A stretch of 30,991 nt of DNA, taken from assembly GCA_937127195.1 (NCBI GenBank), contig CAKZLT010000687.1, positions 1 to 30,991 of the forward strand, written 5' to 3'. This DNA is from an uncultured Saprospiraceae bacterium (GTDB lineage: Bacteria > Bacteroidota > Bacteroidia > Chitinophagales > Saprospiraceae). Positions 7,118 to 15,700 of this stretch are shown one piece after another (within the stretch, counting starts at the first letter, position 1; every line of letters begins with the position of its first letter). The position numbers were made by a program, and so were the translations under genes. A model generated the notes under the pieces. It saw only the letters and a list, made by a program, of their open reading frames with translations, searched no databases and was not told where the DNA came from.

Positions 7118-9430
7118 ATGATGAATTTTACAAAATTAGGATTAGTAGCATTTGCACTAATACTTTCTGTGAATGTATTTTCACAAGAAAAGTTCAAACA
7201 ATTAAAAGAAGAGTTGGCTACGCCTAATGTTTACAGAACAGCATCAGGTGCACCAGGTCATGAATATTGGCAGCAAAAAGCTGATTATAAAATTGACTTA
7301 GAGTTAGATGACGAAAAACAAAAGATTTATGGAGAAGAAACAATTACTTATGTAAATAATTCTCCTGATGCTTTATCTTACTTATGGGTACAATTAGACC
7401 AGAATATGAGAGCTAAAGACTCTCAAACAAAACAAATAAAAGAAAATAAGTTGTCTGATAAAATGTATTCATTTTCATTAGATTCTTATTATAGTGAATT
7501 TGATGGCGGTTTTAAGATTGACCACGTAAAGGATGCTAATGGAAAAGCATTACCACATACTATTAATTACACAATGATGCGTATTGATTTACCTAAGCCA
7601 TTGAAAGCTGGAGGTAAGTTTGTGTTTAGTATCAAATGGTGGTATAATATTAATAATGCCTTAGTTGGTGGCGGACGTTCTGGATATGAGCATTTTGAAG
7701 AAGAAGATAATTATGTTTATAGTATTGCTCAGTTCTATCCTAGAATGGCAGTCTATAATGAAGTAGAAGGATGGCAAAATAAACAATTCTTAGGACGCGG
7801 AGAGTTTGCATTAACTTTTGGTGATTATGAAGTGAATATAACTGTTCCTTCTGATCACATTATTGCATCAACAGGAGAGCTTCAAAACGCAAAAGCAGTT
7901 TTAACTAAAGAACAAAGAGAGCGTTTTGAAAAATCAAAAACAGCTAAAGAACCTGTTGTAATTGTTTCTCAAGATGAAGCAGAAGAAAAAGAAAAAACAA
8001 AATCTGATAAAAAAAGCACTTGGACATTCAAGGCTTCTAATGTTCGTGACTTTGCTTTTGCTTCTTCTCGTAAGTTTATTTGGGATGCAATGGGTGTTAA
8101 ATTTGGAGCTAGAACGGTAATGGCAATGTCTTACTATCCAAAAGAAGGTAACCCGATTTGGGGAAAGTATTCAACAAAAGCAGTAGCACATACCTTAAAA
8201 ACGTATTCAAAATATACTTTTGATTATCCTTATCCAGTAGCTATTTCTAGTCATGCGGTATTTACAGGAATGGAATATCCTATGATTTCATTCAATTTTG
8301 GTCGTCCTGAAGCTGATGGTACATATACACCGCGTACTAAATATGGTATGATTGGAGTTATCATTCACGAAGTTGGACATAATTATTTTCCAATGATTGT
8401 TAACTCTGATGAACGTCAGTGGACTTGGATGGATGAAGGATTGAATTCATTTTTGCAGTATTTGACAGAGCAAGAATGGGAACATAACTACCCTTCTCGT
8501 AGAGGCCCAGCTTATAAAATTACAAGTTATATGGGTGGAGATAAATCAAAAATTTCTCCTATTATGACCAATTCAGAATCTATTTATCAGTTTGGTAATA
8601 ATGCTTATGGCAAACCTGCAACAGCTTTGAACATTTTGCGTGAAACGGTTATGGGGCGTGAGTTATTTGACTTTGCATTTAAGACTTATTCACAACGTTG
8701 GATGTTTAAGCACCCTACTCCTGCGGATTTCTTTAGAACAATGGAAGATGCATCTGGTGTTGATTTGGATTGGTTTTGGAGAGGTTGGTTCTATACAACA
8801 GACCATGTTGATATTGCTGTAACAGGTGTTAAATGGTCTAAATTGGATTCTCAAAATCCTGATGTAGAAAAAGAATTGGCTAGAAAGAAAGATGCTGAAA
8901 AGCCAAGATATATCACAGATGTAATTAATGATAAGTTACTTAAAGGAAAAACGGAATTAGAAAAAGACGCTTCTTTGGTTGACTTCTATAATGAGTATGA
9001 TGAATTTGATGTAACTATCTTGGACAAGAAATCTTATAAGAGATACTATAATACTCTTTCTGATAAAGAGAAAAAATATTTGGAACAGAATGATAATTTC
9101 TATGAAGTTACTTTTGAAAATAAAGGCGGATTAGTAATGCCTATTATTGTTCAATTGAACTTTAAAGATGGGACTACGGAATTGCATCGTATTCCTGTGG
9201 AAATTTGGAGATTTGATAGCGAATCTGTTACCAAAACATTTGTTACTAAAAAAGAGGTAGAAAGTGTATCACTTGACCCTTATGTAGAAACAGCAGATGT
9301 AGAAACAAGTAACAACCATTTTCCACCAAAAGCGGAAATGTCTAAATTTCAGATATATAAGTATAAGAAACGCTCTAGTGAGAATACTATGCAAAAAATG
9401 AAGAGAGCTAAGGAAATGGAGAAAAAATAA
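7118..9430 (+). CDS. M1 family zinc aminopeptidase, exported
   Basis: Signal peptide ending ...VFS-Q; exopeptidase motif GMEYP; HEVGH-X18-E zinc motif (HEVGH at 8366-8380). Confidence 0.92.
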   Translation: MMNFTKLGLVAFALILSVNVFSQEKFKQLKEELATPNVYRTASGAPGHEYWQQKADYKIDLELDDEKQKIYGEETITYVNNSPDALSYLWVQLDQNMRAKDSQTKQIKENKLSDKMYSFSLDSYYSEFDGGFKIDHVKDANGKALPHTINYTMMRIDLPKPLKAGGKFVFSIKWWYNINNALVGGGRSGYEHFEEEDNYVYSIAQFYPRMAVYNEVEGWQNKQFLGRGEFALTFGDYEVNITVPSDHIIASTGELQNAKAVLTKEQRERFEKSKTAKEPVVIVSQDEAEEKEKTKSDKKSTWTFKASNVRDFAFASSRKFIWDAMGVKFGARTVMAMSYYPKEGNPIWGKYSTKAVAHTLKTYSKYTFDYPYPVAISSHAVFTGMEYPMISFNFGRPEADGTYTPRTKYGMIGVIIHEVGHNYFPMIVNSDERQWTWMDEGLNSFLQYLTEQEWEHNYPSRRGPAYKITSYMGGDKSKISPIMTNSESIYQFGNNAYGKPATALNILRETVMGRELFDFAFKTYSQRWMFKHPTPADFFRTMEDASGVDLDWFWRGWFYTTDHVDIAVTGVKWSKLDSQNPDVEKELARKKDAEKPRYITDVINDKLLKGKTELEKDASLVDFYNEYDEFDVTILDKKSYKRYYNTLSDKEKKYLEQNDNFYEVTFENKGGLVMPIIVQLNFKDGTTELHRIPVEIWRFDSESVTKTFVTKKEVESVSLDPYVETADVETSNNHFPPKAEMSKFQIYKYKKRSSENTMQKMKRAKEMEKK

Positions 9431-9460
9431 ATTTTTTTCTTAAAAAGAAAAGAGAAAAAA

Positions 9461-9529
9461 AGACCGCCTTCGGCTAAGAGAAAAGAGATGCTATTAAAAG
9501 TTCTCTTTTCTTTTAGTCGAAGGCGGTCT
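9461..9529. terminator. Long inverted repeat / bidirectional terminator between convergent M1 peptidase and TPR genes
   Basis: AGACCGCCTTCGGCTAA (9461-9477) pairs with TTAGTCGAAGGCGGTCT (9513-9529) at 16/17, plus an inner GAGAAAAGAGA / TCTCTTTTC stem. Confidence 0.8.
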
Positions 9530-9542
9530 CTTTTCTATAAGA

Positions 9543-10955
9543 TTATGGTTTTTTATATTGATTGTAAGCTCTTACAATAGTTTTGCGTTGTATCCAGCAA
9601 GGAACAGTGTAAGTTTGCCCTTCTTTCAGTTTTCGTACATGTAAATCCTCTGATGTAGGCATATATTGAGTATATTTTGAAATTTGAGCTTGTGCCTTTT
9701 TTTGTATAAAAGGGTCAGCATCTATTTCTTTAGCTTTTTTCCACATATCAATCGCTACCCAAGTAACAACTTGACTTTTGAAGCCTGTACCTGTTCCACA
9801 AAGCGGGCCACTAGAAGCGTATAAGTCACCAATCAATAAATATGGCTTTCCCCAATTTGGTCTGTACGCTAATGCTCTTTCTGCATAAGTTCTGGCTTTA
9901 TCATATTTTTTTAAATTAGCAAAACATATTTGAGCAGCCTTAAAACACATTTCTGCTCTTGTTGATAGGTCAACCCCTTCATCTTCTGCTGCACCTTCTA
10001 CAAATAATTCAGCCGAACGCATATAATCTCCATCTTGATATGCCCAGTATGCTTTCTTTGATTTTGGAGCAGCTTCATACTGAGCTAACTTAGCTAATTG
10101 TTTTTCTTTTTCAAAAAGAAGACTATCCTTTTGATGTATTTCAGCTAATATAGGAGAATATTTATCACAGCCACTAGAAACCAATTTATGATATATACTT
10201 CTAAAGAGTTCAGCACTATCAGGATGCGCTTCATACATTGGAAGATAAATATTCGAATAGTATTCGCAATCAAATATTGCAGGTTCTAAATTTTGGTAAA
10301 AAACATCATCAACTTTTTCAAGAAGTTCATTGAACTTCATGATGTCTGTTTCTTTTTTACTATTTTCAATATTATATTGAATGATTTTAGAAAGTGTAGC
10401 GTATAACTCCTGTGCTTCTTTATTTGTTATTTTACCAACTTTGAATTGTTCAACAGTAACATAAGCAAAAGGATAAAGTACAAAACTCTTTACTTTGTTA
10501 CCAGCGAGTTCTATTCCTTTTTTATAATTAGAATAAATCAATTCATAATCTGCATTATGTTTATACATTGTATATGCTTTCCTTGTTAGAATGTCACCTT
10601 TCTTTTTATTGGTTTTGGTAACACAAGTGATTCTTTGGTCAAAAAGAGCATACATAGAATCTTTGAGTGCGACAATTTTATTGGTATCACTCGTTTGTTT
10701 GATGAGGTATTCATATATTTTGACACCATCAATATAATGAGCAGAACTACCCGCAGGCGTATATTTCATGGCTTTACGCCAAAAAGGTAATGCCTTATTT
10801 ATATCTCCTTTTTTGATAGTTTGCCTATAATCATAATGATTACGCTTACCTGCTTCCGTTCCTAAAGGATAATTACTAAAGCCTTCACATTGAGCAAATA
10901 ATGTATTGCCATTTAAAAAGAAAAGCGTAAAAAGAAAAAATGATAAATACTTCAT
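9543..10955 (-). CDS. Exported tetratricopeptide-repeat protein of a conserved Bacteroidota family
   Basis: Signal peptide ending LFA-Q; all-helical TPR-like repeats (e.g. ARTYAERALAYRPNWGKPYLLIGDLYA); C-terminal ...TVPCWIQRKTIVR beta segment. Confidence 0.7.
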   Translation of the reverse strand: MKYLSFFLFTLFFLNGNTLFAQCEGFSNYPLGTEAGKRNHYDYRQTIKKGDINKALPFWRKAMKYTPAGSSAHYIDGVKIYEYLIKQTSDTNKIVALKDSMYALFDQRITCVTKTNKKKGDILTRKAYTMYKHNADYELIYSNYKKGIELAGNKVKSFVLYPFAYVTVEQFKVGKITNKEAQELYATLSKIIQYNIENSKKETDIMKFNELLEKVDDVFYQNLEPAIFDCEYYSNIYLPMYEAHPDSAELFRSIYHKLVSSGCDKYSPILAEIHQKDSLLFEKEKQLAKLAQYEAAPKSKKAYWAYQDGDYMRSAELFVEGAAEDEGVDLSTRAEMCFKAAQICFANLKKYDKARTYAERALAYRPNWGKPYLLIGDLYASSGPLCGTGTGFKSQVVTWVAIDMWKKAKEIDADPFIQKKAQAQISKYTQYMPTSEDLHVRKLKEGQTYTVPCWIQRKTIVRAYNQYKKP

Positions 10956-11227
10956 ACCTTTTAGTTTGATAATTACTGATTTTAAATCATTAACTTGACT
11001 GATAAGTTTCTTGAATATAAATAATTGTGTAAAACGGATAATTATTAGTCTTTAATTATTTTATATATTAATATAACGATTATTATATACTTAACATTTT
11101 GCTACTCGTATTTTCAAGTAAAACAATTGTTAATAATTCAAATTTAACATCAACTAGACAGAAAAGTGTTTAAATTATACCGTTTTTTGCGAAGTTGATT
11201 AACCATTTTTATAAAAATATGAAAAAT

Positions 11228-12301
11228 ATGAAAAAAATAATTCTACTATTATCCATTTTAACAATTTCTCTCAATACAATTATTGGGCAGACTTTTATAG
11301 AGCCTTGCAAATACGGTCAACCATTAATTAATGCCGTTCGCATTGCTTACAAGCCGAATAACACGATGGGTTACAATACTGCGAGAGATACTCTATATTC
11401 TCAGATTGACAATGTTGGAAATGATTTATTTGGAATATATTCCAATTTCAAGGTAACGCTTGACCCTAATGTAGATCCGAGTGTTTCAGCTTTTCAGAAT
11501 GGCTCAGGTATTAATGCTGAACACGTTTACCCTCAATCAAAAGGAGCAGGAAGTGAGCCTATGAGAAGTGATATGCACAACCTCTATCCTTCTAAAGTAA
11601 ACGTGAATAGCGCAAGAGGTAGTTGTAAATTTGGTGAAATTCCAGATGCGAGTACTAGTACTTGGTTTTTTGAAGCAACAGCACAAGGAAATATTCCGTC
11701 TTCTAATATTGATGCGTATAGTGAAAAAAATAATAATACTTGCGTTTTTGAACCACGAGAGAGCAAAAAAGGAGATATTGCAAGAGCAGTTTTTTATTTT
11801 TACGCAATATATCAATCACAAGCGAATAATGAAGACCCAAATTTCTTTGCAAGTCAAAAAGATGACTTATTAGCATGGCATTACGCTGATTTGCCAGACT
11901 CTATTGAATTAGCAAGAAGTGCTCAAATAGCAATGCGTCAAGGTAATGAAAATCCATTTGCATTAGATACTTCTTTGGCGCGTCGTGCTTTCTTTATGGC
12001 AGATGCTTCTTACCCTGCTGGTGATGGTAATTGCTATGATGTGTTGATTTCTAATACTAATGACTTGGCTCAAAATGACTGGATTAAGCTTCGTACGAAT
12101 GTTATTCGAAATGTAATTGAATTGGAAAGTACTAAAAATGAAGGAATTGTTCAGGTATTAGACTTGACAGGTAGAGTATTATTAAATGTAGCTTTAGAAA
12201 ATAATAATCAATTGAATCTTAGTAACTTAAGTGCAGGATTGTATGTTGTTCGAGTATTTAGTGAAGGGCAAAACGCCGTATTTAGAATCTTGAAAGAGTA
12301 G
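11228..12301 (+). CDS. Endonuclease I (EndA/NucM family) extracellular nuclease with T9SS type A sorting domain
   Basis: NAEHVYPQS, SDMHNLYP, NSARG, KGDIARAVFYF and QGNENPF motifs; C-terminal ...LDLTGR...LSNLSAGLYVVRV...ILKE CTD. Start moved from TTG 11195 to ATG 11228 (alternative 11219). Confidence 0.9.
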   Translation: MKKIILLLSILTISLNTIIGQTFIEPCKYGQPLINAVRIAYKPNNTMGYNTARDTLYSQIDNVGNDLFGIYSNFKVTLDPNVDPSVSAFQNGSGINAEHVYPQSKGAGSEPMRSDMHNLYPSKVNVNSARGSCKFGEIPDASTSTWFFEATAQGNIPSSNIDAYSEKNNNTCVFEPRESKKGDIARAVFYFYAIYQSQANNEDPNFFASQKDDLLAWHYADLPDSIELARSAQIAMRQGNENPFALDTSLARRAFFMADASYPAGDGNCYDVLISNTNDLAQNDWIKLRTNVIRNVIELESTKNEGIVQVLDLTGRVLLNVALENNNQLNLSNLSAGLYVVRVFSEGQNAVFRILKE

Positions 12302-12305
12302 AGGA

Positions 12306-12707
12306 GTTTCACGCAGAGTTCGGGGAGAAGGAGAGTTTACAGAGTGTTTTTTGCTTTTATTGGTAGCTTTTTTTGCTATTTTTTTTTATAAAAAAGAACA
12401 AGAAACACTCTGCGCCCTCTGCTTCTCCCCGAACTCTGTGTGAAACAAAAAAAGCCACTCCAAGCAAATACTCGAAGTGACTTAAATGGGTTACCTATTG
12501 CTTCTTTATTTCACGCAAAGTTGACAGGAGAAGCAGAGTTCACAGAGCGTTTATTCCCTTTATTATTTTTTCTTTTTATAAAAAACATTCACAAAAGAAA
12601 ACCTCTCGAAACTCTGCGTCTCTTGCGTCTCAGCGAGAAATAATACGATTAACAAAAGCAAAAAAACTCTCGAAACTCTGCCTCTCCCCAAACTCTGCGT
12701 GAAATAA
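12306..12707. repeat. Cluster of REP-like inverted repeats (five related arms) between convergent genes
   Basis: 12306-12330 pairs with 12422-12446 (24/25); 12506-12522 pairs with 12691-12707 (16/17); a fifth, more diverged minus-oriented arm lies at about 12601-12640. Shared core TTTCACGCAGAGTT. Confidence 0.85.
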
Positions 12708-12711
12708 ACGC

Positions 12712-15700
12712 CTACTCATTTACCACGATACGCTCCAAATTAGTCCAATCTTTCAACTCATCTGTATAGTATAAGTAAGCACTGGAAGCAGGCGCATCAA
12801 ACGAGCCAGCAATATCCGCTTTCAAATCTAAATTGATAATGCGCTCCTCGGAAGGCTTCATTTGACGATAATAAAAGACTAAATTATTACCAATCACTTC
12901 ATAGAAATCAAAAGCTTTTTTATCCAATAACTCCTTCAATTGCCATGGTTGAGCCGTCAAACCAGCAGGTAAACCAACAATTGCCATCGTCATCGGTTGA
13001 CCTTCTGCAGTACTGTTTGTCAAAGTTGTTTTTAGGCGAACCGTTTCACCTACTTTGATTTTCGTTTTAGTAATTTTGGTATTTAACTTCACCACACATT
13101 CTTTTTGAGAATTAGGTAATGCAGTCGAATAATTCATGGCTACCGTATAAGGAAGAGCCGTTTTAGTATTTGAAAATTTAACTTCGATATCATTTTTCTT
13201 AGAAGACATGAAAGACTCTAAACCAGCCAGAACGATAGGCTCTTGATGACCTTTTTCGTAATTGAATGTTTTAGCTTTTTTACCATTAACAAAAACGTCA
13301 ATTGTGCCTGATTCGTCAGTGCGCTTGCTAAATTTGGCGAAAGCCACCAAAGCACGCAACGCCAAAACGGTACTATTGGTAGAGGCATAGCCACCAAAGC
13401 TACTTCTACTTTTCTTAATAAAATCCATGCAGTTCTTCAATTTCGTACGGTCTGGATTTTTACTTTTCATGGTTGCCAATGCCGCCAAAGCCGCTGTTTC
13501 GATGCGTAAAGCATTTCCAGAAGAACCAGGAGCCGATTTGTGACTACTGCCATGTTTCCAAGCACCTTCATCTTCCTGAATTGCCATCAATAAATCTAAG
13601 ATAGCCTGTCCGCGCGTTTCATCTTTTCTATTAAAAAGAATGTTAGCCACCAAACCTAACTGATATGGATTCTTAGTCTTTTTAGCTTCGGCATAAGCAA
13701 AATCAACTTCCGTTTGAATATCCGTGAAATTCGCTTCACTCAATGCCCAAGTAATGTAAATACTCATCGTTTCGTTGTTGGTTAAACCAAACTGATGCAA
13801 GGCACGCGGATTGCGTTTGAACTGCCCCATTCCGTCTCTGCGCTTCATTAGCCATTCAGTTGTACGATTAATCATTGCATCATCAACGCCATCATAAACC
13901 TTCTTCATATCCACGAATTCCATCAAACCGTAAGCGGTTAAACCTTCGTGTCCAGGGTCGCCACCAAACCATTCGAAACCACCTGAAGCAGACTCGTAAC
14001 CTGCCAAACGCTTATAACCAGCAGCAATAAACTGTTTGGCTCTTGCCGAAATATCAGGTTTTGCTTGATTGGTTTCTTGCAAATAATTCAAGACCAAAAT
14101 ATTCGGATAAGTCGAAGATGAAGTTTGCTCAAAACAGCCACTCGGTTGTCTCAACATCGATTCTAGCCCCGAAAGCATATCACTCATCGCTGAAGGATAA
14201 GCAGTTACATAAGCATCTAATGAGCCATCAACCATATTGCTAATATCAAAAGGATAAGATTTACTCATTGCTTCTCCTGACATCGCAACCGATACAGGGA
14301 ATCCTTTTGAAATGACGGTCAAAGACTTTTCTATTTCGTCATTAAAACCACTGCTTTTGAAAGCTATTGATATTTTATCAGCTTTTCCACGCGTTTTTAC
14401 ATCGAAAGCTAAGTATTGTGTTTTGGCTTGTCCTGCTTTTAAGGTTGCGCTAGTAGGTAAATTACCTTTTGGCGAAAGCCCTTTAGGATACTTAATATCT
14501 AAATCACCTTTAATTGTTTTTTTAGTATTATTGACTAAAGTCAAAGGAATTTTTACTACATCTTCCGTGATTACTTCAATCGGTAATTTTGCCGAAAGGC
14601 TAAATGGTAATTGCGTGAAAAATTGCTTTTCTGCGCGTCCAATCATTCCATCAACAGCAAAACCTTCTGCTGTAATTTTGAACGAAGTCACTGCGTCCGA
14701 ATTATAAAATTCTAAGACTGCTTTTCCTTTTCTATCAATTTTGACATTTCCGTTCCAGTAAGTGGTACTTCTAAAATCTGTGCGTTTTTCAATTACTTCA
14801 TCTCTATCATAAGCTGGACCCGAAAACTCTCTGGCTCTATAAAACTTACGATTTCTATTGCTACGAGCTAATTTTTGAATGCGCCTTCTTTTTGGCAAGT
14901 CAAAGTTTCTATTGATAGGAATAGAACGAAGTTCTCTTTCATCATCATGGTTACTATCTCTAGCATTCAATTTGAAACGAACAGGCAGATTATAACGAAC
15001 TCTTACAGGACGACCTCTTTGCTGACCTGGCGTGAATTTTTTAGGAAGTGCATTTAGTGTGTTTAAAGCAGCTAATGCTTCATTTCCAGCACCTCCACCA
15101 ATATCTCTAAGTACCTTTGCATTGACTACTGAACCGTCCGTATCTACGACAAAACTCACTACTACTAAGCCTTCGATATTATTCTCTTTAGCGATATTCG
15201 GATAACGTAAATGCTTATAAACGTGTTTTAAAAGGTTTTCTTCTGTGCATCGTTTGCGTTCTTGATTAGTTGCTAAGTCGCCACAAGTAGGAAATGTTGG
15301 CATTGTCTCGACAATGCTAAAAATTTCTTCAATAGCTTCTTCTTCTATTTCTTCTGCTTCTGCAAATACATCTATTTTGGCATCAGCATTAATATCCATA
15401 TCCTCTAAAAGAACCCTTCTATCTTTTGCAAATCGGTTATCTACCACTTTCTTTTTAGCATCTTCCATGACGGCTAGCCTTTTCATTTCTTTTGCCTTGC
15501 GTACTTCACGTTTTGCTTGCGGTCTTTTTTGACGTTTTTCAGCCTCCATTTTTGCCAAATTCTTTATTTCATTTCTAGCTACTTTTTCTTTTACAGCCAA
15601 AAGAGCAGGTTTCGGCGGACGAGGAGCAATAGCTACATTTTCTACAATTTCTTCTTTATCAAAAGCTACATCATCAAATGCAATATTTTCTTCGGTTTCC

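Noticed and set aside
12440-12643. 67-aa ORF in the track
   Set aside because: It is made entirely of the palindromic repeat cluster and has no coding features.
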